This document shows positions 10,428 to 20,744 of a stretch of 64,000 nucleotides of DNA, piece by piece (the first letter of the stretch is position 1; the number at the start of each line of letters is the position of its first letter). This stretch comes from Trypanosoma brucei (lineage: Eukaryota). A program made the translations under genes and the position numbers. Location: assembly GCA_000002445.1 (NCBI GenBank), contig CP000067.1:128001-192000 (forward strand), in the 5' to 3' direction. Below the pieces are notes generated by a model. That model searched no databases and was not told where the DNA came from. It saw only the letters and a program-made list of their open reading frames with translations.

Positions 10428-11126
10428 TCATGGTGTTTCACAGGTCTCCCGCCACTCAGCAAAAAGATCGAAAGCAGTAGGCCATGCATCTTCCTTCCGA
10501 TATGGGGTTGCATTTTCTCCGGTATTGAAAAACAACGCCACATGCCGCCAAATGTCGCGGGTAACCTCGCAATCGTAAAAACCTGTGTACCATCTGATCC
10601 ACTGTGCAACCTGCTGGTCACCCCTAAACAGTACATCCCACGCCCTCGCTGCAGTTTCAGGAAGCATCATGCGCGCACTATCCCCCCTAATGTAATCATA
10701 TAATTCGCTGTAGAACTCAACAAAAGAAGGACCTCTTGCGTCCTTCACCCACTCCCGAAGCCGTCTCTTCAGTTCCACCGGGACCTCAATGTTGTAGTTG
10801 TACACCATGTTCAACCAATCTGAGCGTGGAATGCACCCACCCCTTGTAATCCCAAGCTTCCAAATGAGCGTGTACATCTCGAAGGAATCCCTTTTTATAG
10901 CAAGATCCTCACAGAGATGTTGAATTCCCTTTGGTCCTATAGTTTCTAGGCCTTCTGCAGAGTCCATCGACGCAAAATTCTCAAAATAACGTTCCATCTC
11001 AGTTCGACCGGTCGAAGAGGCAGTGCCTGTGGAAGCCTTAACCGAAGACACAAAGCGTGAGGCTCTCCGTGCCATCTTGTGCGGATCCAACCCGGTGACG
11101 GTTGTCGACATATCCCCCGTTACCAT
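10428..11126 (-). CDS. DCN1-like protein (PONY/DCUN1 cullin-neddylation domain), no obvious UBA domain
   Basis: YFENFAS...EGLETIGPKGIQHLCEDLAI...MYTLIWKLG...DWLNM resembles the DCN1 PONY domain (IGPEGMEKFCEDIGVEP...MLVLAWKL...EW). The track start is TTG. The first ATG is at 11124-11126 (MVTGDMSTTV...). Confidence 0.6.
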   Translation of the reverse strand: MVTGDMSTTVTGLDPHKMARRASRFVSSVKASTGTASSTGRTEMERYFENFASMDSAEGLETIGPKGIQHLCEDLAIKRDSFEMYTLIWKLGITRGGCIPRSDWLNMVYNYNIEVPVELKRRLREWVKDARGPSFVEFYSELYDYIRGDSARMMLPETAARAWDVLFRGDQQVAQWIRWYTGFYDCEVTRDIWRHVALFFNTGENATPYRKEDAWPTAFDLFAEWRETCETP

Positions 11127-11980
11127 TATTATTATTTTTTTTTTTGCTTCTTCCTTCCCTCGAACTATATGGGTGCGCAAAAATACAGTTAGTTATATTG
11201 TTGTATAAAAGCAGGCAAGCGCAAGCGCTTGCTTCAGAAACTGCACAGCTGCCACACCTCTTCAACACCAACGAAAGGGACTTTTCACCCGCGCTATAAC
11301 ACAAACACTACAATTACAAAAATAAATAAAGAAACAGCAACAGTGAAGAAAAGAGAGCGCAGCGCAACAGTTTCAGTAGCGGTGATTGTATTAACGATTT
11401 TCAGAAATGGAAAAAAAAATCAAAATAAAGAATTCTTGAAGCACCGAATTTTACGATCGTCTGCGGTTCTTAAAGAGAGCGCTAACACATGACATGTCCC
11501 CGTGATCCCCACCCACCGTTACGGGGCCTCTGCAGCTGATCGGCTCGCAGAAGTGACGATTTTTTTTTTTCACCATCGGCAGTCGAAAAGGGGGGAAAGC
11601 GTAAGGACGCGAAGATATCCACTTGAACTTCACATCACCCATTCACTAAACACCTGCAGAGCTTTGTGAAAGAAAATTCACCGCAGAATACTTCCGAAAG
11701 CATTTGAGATTCGTCATGACAGTGTGAGGTCCATAGGTCATACCACAGGAGGCACCCAACATAGCAAAGTCAACGAGGAATAAAGAGAGCCAAAACGAAT
11801 AAAAATAGATGAGAAAAGGAGGGGTTCTCACATCTCCATTACTCGGCCGCTAAATATATCCATCAAAAGAAGCCTCCGCAACAACAGCACTCCGCCAACT
11901 TTATAAGTAAATAGAGTATAGCGCATCCAAGCTATGGGAAAGGAAACATATGTATATGTAGCTATTTCTGATAAACACAA

Positions 11981-13627
11981 CTAACTATCCGACGATATTT
12001 CTATGCCGTTACATTTGACGACACTCTCAATGATGGTACTCATAGAAACTAACCCGCTTTTCGTCAAGGATCCTGCAGTGCTCTGAAAAAGCAGGAACTC
12101 CTGAAGAATGGCTACAATGAGTTTCATCGGTTTCGATTCCACAGCCTTCCCCGTTTCTGTCCCTTTCGTTGCCTGCGCCACAGCCGTTATGACAGGCACA
12201 CGCAGCTGAACTTTCGGCGTGTCGATGAGGGATAGAACAGCAAGCAGTAGCGCGTAATACCCGGAAACGACGTTCCGCTCCGTTTCCTCTGCGTTGTAAC
12301 ACTGCAAAGTCAATTCTGCAATCCGAGAGAGAAAATCCGGACAATTAACTAAACATCGGGCAAACTCGTCGCATCTAGAAGCGACTTCCCACTTCACAAT
12401 GTTCACTGCAGAGCAGAGGATGAAGGCTGCTACGTTCAAGGGAGTGTTGTCACTCATCAGCCTTTTGGTAGAAAACTCAGCGAGCTGTGACCTCTCACGC
12501 CGACGATTCGAATCCCGCAGTGCATGCGGAACAAGACTCGTGCCATTAACCAAAACCCGCAGAGCAATAGTTAGCACATCATTTTCGCACTTTGTGTCCT
12601 CACGCGCCACCAAACGTATCAAAAGGATAACCAACTCTTGCAAAGCCGCATCATAAGATGGGCACAACCGTTCGCATAATGTCACAACCTCCAGCAGGTG
12701 AAGCACATCTTTGCAGTCCGCGTCGTTCAGCATGGGTGTCACAACCTCAAATCCGCCAAGCTCAGCAAACACAAGGCAAGGGTTAGCTTCCCCTGGAAAC
12801 GAGGTTGCTTGATTGTACCTAAAAATAATGTGGAGTAACGCCTTAAGAGCTAAGGAGGTTGCGGTATCATCTGATTTCCCGCGGCAAAACTTGTCAACAG
12901 CTGACTTCAGTGCTGAATCATCTTGACGCCGTTGCTTAGGTGGCGTCGGGCAATGTGCCCGCTGCGACCAGTGCTTTGATCCAGCTGGTGTTGCAGCAGC
13001 TTCCTCAGCTCGCTTCTCGGAGCTCAGAAGAAAGAATTTCACCAAACTAGCATCGGATAATACCTCATCGTCGCATAGAGTTAACAAGTGGCCGACAAAA
13101 CGAATATAAAGTCCTTCTTTGTTGTCTGTAACGCTGCGTGCGGAGGATTTGCAGAGAGCGCTGAGCAGTTGCGATTGCAGTCCAGCTCGTTTCAAAGATT
13201 GCATTACCATATCTGGCTCATGTTCCATAAAGTAGAGGACAAGTGCCATCAGGGCCTCAGGTGTGCGTGACGATGAGGCGACCTCAGCCAAGTATACGCA
13301 CATATCCGCAATATTTTCCTCTTCCCTGCAAAAGAAGTTCATTTCTGTTTCAAACACGCTCCCCCGCAACCTCGGAGAATCCGCCCTCTTGACCAACCTA
13401 ACCCTTGCCTCATTCACCGTAGGGATATGCATGGTATCAGGACCGGGTACGCTGCCGCCGCTGCTGCTACTACAATTTTCGTTTGAAGTATCACTACGCA
13501 ATGACAGTTGCATAGCTTCACCATCTGAAGATTGGCTTAATGGAGGGGATTCAGCCGTCCGCTTGCATGCCATAAAGGAGTCCAAATAACCAACGACATC
13601 GGCCATGCACCGCTTGCGTTTCGACAT
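11981..13627 (-). CDS. Conserved hypothetical protein, 548 aa, Ser-rich N-terminus and alpha-helical (ARM/HEAT-like) C-terminal half
   Basis: Long ATG-initiated ORF (ATG 13625-13627) in the cluster orientation with non-repetitive composition. I recognise no diagnostic catalytic motif. Confidence 0.6.
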   Translation of the reverse strand: MSKRKRCMADVVGYLDSFMACKRTAESPPLSQSSDGEAMQLSLRSDTSNENCSSSSGGSVPGPDTMHIPTVNEARVRLVKRADSPRLRGSVFETEMNFFCREEENIADMCVYLAEVASSSRTPEALMALVLYFMEHEPDMVMQSLKRAGLQSQLLSALCKSSARSVTDNKEGLYIRFVGHLLTLCDDEVLSDASLVKFFLLSSEKRAEEAAATPAGSKHWSQRAHCPTPPKQRRQDDSALKSAVDKFCRGKSDDTATSLALKALLHIIFRYNQATSFPGEANPCLVFAELGGFEVVTPMLNDADCKDVLHLLEVVTLCERLCPSYDAALQELVILLIRLVAREDTKCENDVLTIALRVLVNGTSLVPHALRDSNRRRERSQLAEFSTKRLMSDNTPLNVAAFILCSAVNIVKWEVASRCDEFARCLVNCPDFLSRIAELTLQCYNAEETERNVVSGYYALLLAVLSLIDTPKVQLRVPVITAVAQATKGTETGKAVESKPMKLIVAILQEFLLFQSTAGSLTKSGLVSMSTIIESVVKCNGIEISSDS

Positions 13628-14453
13628 TGGTTAAGCAGATACAAAGATGGCGGGGCACTTTACCAGCCAAACTCCTCTACCACACAAGTGCAAGAAAAAA
13701 AAAAGATGTCACTTCACTTGGAAACACGAAAAGTAATTTCATACATACACACAAAGGGAACCTGTCAGCAGCATGGGACCAACCAAATCACAGCAGATGT
13801 GGTATAAATACATATAGAATTAATAGATATTACAATATAAAAGAAAGGCAATAAATTTTTAAAAAAAAAGCAACGGAAAAAGTATTACAGATAATTTTTG
13901 GGGAGGAAAGGTTGAAAAAAAAAACGAAAATGAAAGGAACATAATGAAAGGTAAATCATTGCTAGGACCACCGTTACACAGGCGAGTCCTGATGCAACAA
14001 TTTTCATACAGCGTTGTGTCACACACAATTCTCACACGTATTGACAACAGCGCAGATGTGCAGTGCCTAGTGGGTTACACAATACCGAATTTCTTTCGAA
14101 GTAGGAGAAGTGAGGAGACACATAAAATAAATGACAAGGAAACAAATAAATAAAATGAAGGCGCACAAACGAACTTAACAACAGAAAAGTCGGAACGAGG
14201 ATGGAAGCAAAGCGCAAGAGAAAGTAAGATGGATAATGAAACGGGAACAGGCAAACAACCGGACGCCCATTCAACGATAGTACGGTCTCTTTAACAAAAA
14301 AGCCAAAGAGGACTCAAAAAACAAAGTTACAGAACGTGCAAGTATATAAACGTAACTGTTGTTGATTGATGGGTATATATGAAGAAAACAGTAAAATGAA
14401 AGAGCGAAGAGAACGAAATGGGGACGTAGATCGTCGCTCAATTGTAATTGTAA

Positions 14454-15746
14454 TTAAGCTGGAACTTTACCGCGCAAAATGTCATCATACAGTGCTGTCA
14501 GAGTTGCTCCCGTCAATGAGATTACAGATTTGCTTTTGGTTCCTTTGGTGAAAACAACCGCTCCACAGCCGGTCAATATATTCCTGGCAGTACGGCGCCA
14601 CGCTGGTGGAACTTTTTCCAGAGAGAAACGCCTCCCCAGTAGGGCGGGCTTTCCGACGTTTGAAGTAATGACTTGGAAGAGGCGCCCAGCATCGTAGGTG
14701 CAGTTGTTGTGAACTAGCGACGGCGCAAACTGCCTCACCTGTCGCATATCCCCACATGCGAAAAATTCCTCCGTAACAACCGGTATGCCGCGGGCAACGG
14801 CAATGATAAATTTGGGTGTTCGTACGGGTGGGTGATTGATTATAAGAAGATCTGCCATGCAAACATTATCCACAATAGACCAGCAATGCTTCTTCGCAAG
14901 GAACTTAGCCGCCAGCGTCGCTTCTCCACACATCCCTGAAAAGCAAACTTTCACTCGACCCTTCGATTTACTCTTGGGTTTTAGGCGGCTACCTCTTGCG
15001 GTAGTTTCACTTTTAACCGTAGCTGAGGAAGGCAAGCTCTTAACCTTAGATAACCTGTCAGTGGTGTTTTTAATAACGGAGCGGGATCGTTTCCTCCCGG
15101 CGCCAGTACTCTCCGAAAGATACGGAACCACATTTTCAAGTTCGCAAAGAGGTTTGCACAGCACGCCGCAATCCAATTGCACAGAAACAACAGCGCAAGT
15201 TTTTTCATCCGATGCGGCGGTCAGAGTCACCGGCAGCGGGGGTGTTGCATCCGTTCCCGCAAGGGAACAAGAAGCACAAATGGATGAGCACACGGTTCCT
15301 TCAAGACGAAGCAAATCGTTGCTGGCCCCATTCATCCCAGAACCCTGTGATGAATCCATTAGGTTTGCATTTGAGTCGTAGACGGGAACTCTTCCCCCGC
15401 AAACGGCAATAACGTCCCATTCAAAGCGCAATTTCAAGTCACCAAAAGTAACATGGTTACCGCGCTTCAACTGGTAGAAAAACCCCGGCTCCAAGCGTAC
15501 ACTCACACCCGTGTCGGAGTGAAGGAAAGTTCCGTTAGTGCTTTCGCAATCGCGTAGCCACGCCTCCCCATTTTCGCATAGTTTGATGATGGCGTGCGTA
15601 CGGCTCACGTTGATGCATGTGGTGCCGACACAAACAACGTTTGCACCCTTGACTGCTATTTCTGCTCCACGACGGATGATGTTTTCCCCAGTTAGCAGCC
15701 GCATGATCCTCCCAGTAGATTCATCAATGAGAAAATACCTCTTCAT
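14454..15746 (-). CDS. FHA-domain protein with C-terminal BRCT-like domain(s) (Nbs1/Xrs2-like architecture)
   Basis: N-terminal FHA signature (RIMRLLTGENIIRRG...NVSRTHAIIKL...WLRDCESTNGTFLH). The C-terminal region VKVCFSGMCGEATLAAKFLAKKHCWSIV...TPKFIIAVARGIPVVTEEFF is a BRCT-like pattern. The track start is GTG. The first ATG is at 15744-15746 (MKRYFLIDESTG...). Confidence 0.6.
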   Translation of the reverse strand: MKRYFLIDESTGRIMRLLTGENIIRRGAEIAVKGANVVCVGTTCINVSRTHAIIKLCENGEAWLRDCESTNGTFLHSDTGVSVRLEPGFFYQLKRGNHVTFGDLKLRFEWDVIAVCGGRVPVYDSNANLMDSSQGSGMNGASNDLLRLEGTVCSSICASCSLAGTDATPPLPVTLTAASDEKTCAVVSVQLDCGVLCKPLCELENVVPYLSESTGAGRKRSRSVIKNTTDRLSKVKSLPSSATVKSETTARGSRLKPKSKSKGRVKVCFSGMCGEATLAAKFLAKKHCWSIVDNVCMADLLIINHPPVRTPKFIIAVARGIPVVTEEFFACGDMRQVRQFAPSLVHNNCTYDAGRLFQVITSNVGKPALLGRRFSLEKVPPAWRRTARNILTGCGAVVFTKGTKSKSVISLTGATLTALYDDILRGKVPA

Positions 15747-16165
15747 CGGATACCTTAGGTATACCACGAGGGGGTTGCGCCTCCGAGCACTAAACCAAAG
15801 GGCACAAGCATACGCGCACACAATAGGAGGCAGAAAAAGAAAAGTAGGAGAGGATGGGAATGTAAATGCGTAGACAACTTATACTAACGTGAATGCGCAG
15901 AGTAAGTCCAAAAATTTGATACTATCTACAATGCTCAGCCATGGGTCAGCAAATGCGCAAGCAAACATACGTGTAGAACACACTTCGCTTTGCTCCCACC
16001 CCACCCCCTCCGCACACAAATAAACAACCTCACAACTTCGGTCCGCACCATTGATTCAGGAGGAACCTCAAATCACCACCAACAGCTGTTCGTTTAGTAG
16101 ATGGCAGTCAAGAAAAAGGAACAAACAAGAAAGGAAGCGAAGAGAAATAGTCAAGTGTGTCGCTT

Positions 16166-16483
16166 CTAGCTTTGCTCCAGAGCATCAGACACCGCCCTCT
16201 TCACTACAATGCCAAAGTGTTCATTTGGGCCGGCAATCGTAGTAATGACGTACGCAACATTGTCGAACACCATCGATATGCGTTTGAGTTCCTCCCCAGG
16301 CCTAAGTAATGTGGAGGCTTGTTGTGCTACTGTGTAGGCAAGTAGCCGTTTCTCCTCATTTTGGAAGTCACCACTCCACTCCAGCACTTCACCCACGGAA
16401 GTAAATATGACAAAGTGGTTGGCCCCTTGATTCAGAAGCCGATCCTTCAACAAACTCGCTTGACTCATTGCAGCCACCTCCAT
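16166..16483 (-). CDS. Roadblock/LC7-family protein (dynein light chain roadblock-type / MglB-like)
   Basis: 106 aa from ATG 16481-16483 (MEVAAMSQASLLKDRLLNQGANHFVIFTSVGEVLEWSGD...ISMVFDNVAYVITTIAG). Size and pattern match Robl/LC7. The track's upstream extension is polypyrimidine junk. Confidence 0.65.
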   Translation of the reverse strand: MEVAAMSQASLLKDRLLNQGANHFVIFTSVGEVLEWSGDFQNEEKRLLAYTVAQQASTLLRPGEELKRISMVFDNVAYVITTIAGPNEHFGIVVKRAVSDALEQS

Positions 16484-16881
16484 CCCTTCCCTTTTATAAC
16501 GTGTGTCAAATTGATGGGACGAAGAAAAATGAAAAGGAAGCAAAAAGAGGCAGAAATACGTTAACACATAAACGAATATATAGGTGTGTGTGTCTACGCA
16601 CATGGTGCCAGTAGCGTCATCCAGAAACAAGCGAAACCAACGCACAAAATAGGAAGGTGAGCAAAAACATCAAGAGCAGATACCATCTGGAAAAGGCGTA
16701 AAAATAAAAAAAATGAAACGTTCGAACATCAGGAATAATCCTCTACACGAAGTATGAGATAAAGAAATCATAAGAGAAACCCCCCTACAATTTCACAAAA
16801 AATACGCACATTCACAAAAACACATATATTCATAAGCGCTATTTATTAGTTTTCGTGCACACGAGTATCCCGTCATTATCC

Positions 16882-17493
16882 CTAATAATGTTTCTTGGGT
16901 GTCTTTTTCATTTTTGGTTTTCCTTGGAACTGCACATACATTTGCTCCTCGAAGCTCAGATCCTCCAACAGCACCGGTTTGGGTTTGTTCCGCCAATGTG
17001 GGCCCATAAAATGCTGACGGTCCGTCAACTCCTTATGGCGCATGACCGCATCGGGATCCATGTTTCCGTATCCCCAGTTCGTCATTGGCACAAAGTCACG
17101 ACGCCCTGCGCCATGGGGAAATGCATCCGGACTTTCCCTCTCTTCACGGCGCTGTATTCGCTGTGCGTGGTGCTCGAGAGGGTTTACAACACCCCAATCA
17201 TATTTTTCACTTGCGTTTGGTATGAGACGCAGTCGTTGTTTTGATACGCACATGCGCCCATACGCAATTCTGTCCAAAGCACTCGCCAGCTGAAGCTGCA
17301 ATGTCTGACCGCCATCACCGCGGCTCAGTAGCCACTTTTCCCGAACCTCTACAATTGTGTGTTGTCGCACGAGAGGATCACTAACACTTGAAGCAAGCGC
17401 AATACATTCCTTATACAGTGCCAACTTTGCTATACGGTTGTGTATGTCCTTCCCTTTAGCCAGTGGAAGAGTCTGAAGCAGTTGTTTGTTCAT
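16882..17493 (-). CDS. Conserved hypothetical, possible LYR-motif (Complex1_LYR-like) mitochondrial protein
   Basis: 203 aa with ATG at 17491-17493. N-terminal KLALYKECIALASSVSDPLVRQHTIVEVREKW resembles the L-Y-(R/K) ... R ... F/W pattern of LYRM proteins. The remainder is basic. Confidence 0.5.
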   Translation of the reverse strand: MNKQLLQTLPLAKGKDIHNRIAKLALYKECIALASSVSDPLVRQHTIVEVREKWLLSRGDGGQTLQLQLASALDRIAYGRMCVSKQRLRLIPNASEKYDWGVVNPLEHHAQRIQRREERESPDAFPHGAGRRDFVPMTNWGYGNMDPDAVMRHKELTDRQHFMGPHWRNKPKPVLLEDLSFEEQMYVQFQGKPKMKKTPKKHY

Positions 17494-17984
17494 AACCCAG
17501 GCATTCCACGGGGACTCCTAACCCAACTATTTGAATTCTCCGATAGGCACCGTGCACACATACATGGACACGCACATTCCATTGCAGTCGAATGAAATAA
17601 AAGAAAAAGTAAAGAACAAAAGAAGAGGATCAAATAAACAACTTAAGAGCAAAGCAAAACAAGTGAGAAAGCATACTTATTTCATGGAGGAGATAAAGCA
17701 GACATTGCTTCTCAGTGCATCTATGTGCAAAACACCGTCCGTAAAGTAGGCAAATGCGTTAAAGCAAACAATCGTAGGTCACGAGATGTCGTGTGTTTGC
17801 ACCCATTCGTATCGATGTATCTATAAACGAAGGTAAAAATATGTGTGGTTCGCCTTTCTTTTTCCCCTTTACCCCCCCCCCTCTTTCCAAGAGGAAAGCA
17901 AAAAAAAGAAATTCTACCTACTAAACAAAATGAAGTGTGCGGAAATATTTGCAAGGGAGAAGGAGCCATCCCTTCCCTCTCGCC

Positions 17985-19517
17985 TCAGCGGTTGGTATCA
18001 GCACTCGGCTTAAGTGCTACTGCACCGAAAAAAGACATTAAATTCTTCTGAGGGGTAGCGCCCTGGCGCTCAACTTTTGGCGGCCCCCTTCGCTCCACCG
18101 CCACTTTTGCAGAAGCTTTGCCCCCACCGCCTACTGCAAGGGGGTTTTTGCTTCCGGCGTCATGTGTTGATTTTTGCTCAGTCGCGACGCACGTTCGCAT
18201 CAACTCAGCGCTTTTCTTATGATATTCCTCTTCAGATAATACCGCACCCGTCTTTACGTGCCGGTACACCACCCTGTCGCTGCAAATGTACTCGCCGCCC
18301 TCAAAAACCGTGTCCGTTTCCAGCTCACGTGAATACTCTTTCTGAAAGGCAATCACCTCCGGTTGAAAGAACCCCGTAAGTTTTGGATGTGCTGAGAGTG
18401 CAGCGTTGCCATTAGCTGCCTGTGTCCGATGTGGATCCCTCTTTAGAGGAGATGAGGTTGGTTCGGGGGCGCAGAATATCATCGGTGGTGCATTGTCACA
18501 CAAAATTATCTCATCATTCTCTGCAGGTGTAAAAGCGACCTCAAGCACAGGTTCAGGGTCATCTAAGAGGCCTTCATCGCGGTGTGGGGAACGGTTTCCA
18601 CGACTGCTGCCATCGGATTGCTCTTCATCATCAAGAATATCTCGAGACGATTTGGCATTGTCTGTATTACAGCCATTTGCAGCTGCAGCTGCGCTTGACG
18701 ACCCAGTAAGGCTGCTCTTCTTGGATGCCTTAGCGAGTTTCATTAAACTTGTAGTGGCTTCACCAACTTTCGCCTCCTTTTTGGATTGGGCGCGGGGTTT
18801 CTTCGCCTTCGGGGACGCCTTCTTGCTATCTTCAATGAGCCGGTCCCGCTTCGCCCCCCCAACTGGCATACCCAAAAGCGTTTGCTGTTTCTTGCCACCG
18901 GACTCCTTTGGAATTAACTTCGGAGCACCTTCCGCTGCCGCCCCACTCAAAGAAACCGGTGCAGGGTTTTTTCCCCTCTCCATCTCATCCATCCTATTCT
19001 TTTCTTCTTCCTCTACATTCTTAACAACATTCTCCTCTTCCAACCGCTTCATCGGTTCCTCTGTCGGAGGGGGTGGAGAGGGCGCCTCCTTCACAGATGG
19101 TTTCGGCTCCGGTGACCTTTCCTTCTTTACTGGAGGCGGAAAGTCATCATTCACCAATACGGGCACAAGTTTGCGTTCCCGCTGTACCACACCGTTTCTT
19201 GGCACCAGAGCGGGACGGGTCTTCCGGGGCTGAAATGCAGACGCGGGACCTCGCTTTCGTAATGCGTACACTTCCACAGAGGCTTCATTGAGTGTTTCCC
19301 GCGTCCATTCAGCTGCAGCAGCACCACTGCACAGATACACAACAGTGCTATGAGGTTCAGTACCGCGGCCGGTAACGGTAAAAAGCACCTCATAACCTTC
19401 CTTTGATGTGGCAATGTTCTCAAATGCCGCGCGCACATCAGCTTTCGGCAGCGGTACCTCAGAGGCGTGAACAAAGTATGAACTTTCCACCTGCTGCAGT
19501 AAATCTAGAGGAGACAT
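17985..19517 (-). CDS. DNA polymerase delta subunit 3 (Pol32/POLD3)-like protein with C-terminal PIP box
   Basis: 510 aa. Structured N-terminal ~100 aa, then a long Lys/Pro/Glu/Ser-rich disordered region. The extreme C-terminus QKNLMSFFGAVALKP is a canonical PCNA-interacting Qxx[LIM]xx[FY][FY] motif placed as in POLD3. Confidence 0.45.
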   Translation of the reverse strand: MSPLDLLQQVESSYFVHASEVPLPKADVRAAFENIATSKEGYEVLFTVTGRGTEPHSTVVYLCSGAAAAEWTRETLNEASVEVYALRKRGPASAFQPRKTRPALVPRNGVVQRERKLVPVLVNDDFPPPVKKERSPEPKPSVKEAPSPPPPTEEPMKRLEEENVVKNVEEEEKNRMDEMERGKNPAPVSLSGAAAEGAPKLIPKESGGKKQQTLLGMPVGGAKRDRLIEDSKKASPKAKKPRAQSKKEAKVGEATTSLMKLAKASKKSSLTGSSSAAAAANGCNTDNAKSSRDILDDEEQSDGSSRGNRSPHRDEGLLDDPEPVLEVAFTPAENDEIILCDNAPPMIFCAPEPTSSPLKRDPHRTQAANGNAALSAHPKLTGFFQPEVIAFQKEYSRELETDTVFEGGEYICSDRVVYRHVKTGAVLSEEEYHKKSAELMRTCVATEQKSTHDAGSKNPLAVGGGGKASAKVAVERRGPPKVERQGATPQKNLMSFFGAVALKPSADTNR

Positions 19518-20634
19518 TTAATGTGCTTCTAGCTCGATTATGTCTAACTACTCTGTTCTCACGCTGCCTCGGTCTATCTAATTTTAGCTCGCCCTCCCTA
19601 GTTGCTGCTATACCTTTACTGTCGACGTTGTTCCCATGTGAACAGTGCAAGTATGAAAAAAAAGGGGAAAAATGAAGGTGAACGATAGAAAAACAAATTA
19701 TGTAATGACAAACTCTCCTCCGGCTATGTTTAATTCCCCACAATAAACTGGCCAATGCGTTGCATGTAAGAAACAAAAGACGCACATTCCCCCCCCCATT
19801 TGCAACATCATCAACGAGGCTAATATCCGCATAACCAGCCATCACCAAACACAAAGACGCAGATCGCAATAGTTCATATCAAACAAGCCTAACCATATGA
19901 TGCAACAGGAAAGGCAAGGAAGAAAAGAGTAAGAGGGATTTGAAATCTTCCCCTTAAGTACTGTAAAATACTTATCATTACTGTTACTTTTACTGTTATT
20001 ATCATCATTACTATTATGGTCTTTATTTCCGTTTGGCGTTAACTGTAGAACAATATCAATAGCAACGGCAATAATATTAAATTATGTCGATAGATTTGGT
20101 TTGACTTTTCTCCCTTTTACTCCTTCCATTCCTCTATTGATAAGGAAATGGAGGGAAAGAAAAAAGACTAATAAGAAAAAACGGGCGAATTGCAATGATC
20201 ATGGAAATACTTGTTTTCACTGTGGAACTCTACATACGCGGACGATACGTGCACTACCCAGTTCCAAGTGCTGTGCAGTAAAAAAGAAACTCTTCTATAA
20301 CATCTTTTGTATATCAATGGTACCGTTGCGGCTTCATGAAACCTGTATTATCTCCTTTCCTCTTTCCACTAGGAAAATAAGTAAAAGAAACAAAAAAAAT
20401 GTTAACTGAAGGTCATAGAAGTACGTGGGAGCCAGAGGGCATCTAAACAACAAAAGAGGGGAGGATATGTTGCGCCACTGGTGACGCTACGACCTTGAAG
20501 TACTAAAAGAAGAAAATAAAACAATAATGACACGATAGTACGCCAACCGTTACAACAACAACAACAGTAACGTTGCTTATGTACCCACGGTGCGGTTTTT
20601 CATAACTATGCATCTATGTAAATAACCAGATCAA

Positions 20635-20662
20635 TGAATAATAATAATAATAACAACAACAA
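20635..20662. repeat. (AAT)6-(AAC)3 trinucleotide microsatellite
   Basis: aataataataataataacaacaac read directly. Confidence 0.85.
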
Positions 20663-20744
20663 AAACACATTATCGCCTCAGGAGCAACCCCATCACGTAT
20701 GAAACGCTCTCAAACACTCCTCTGTCATTTTTGGGAACAAACAT

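Noticed and set aside
18406-19233. 275-aa plus-strand ORF rich in Ser/Gly/Phe
   Set aside because: Lies antisense to the low-complexity linker of the PolD3-like gene. All robust genes in the window are minus-strand, and composition is typical of antisense reading of K/E/P-rich coding sequence.
19459-19869. 136-aa minus-strand ORF overlapping the PolD3-like start
   Set aside because: Overlaps the 5' end of a well-supported gene in another frame. Judged spurious.
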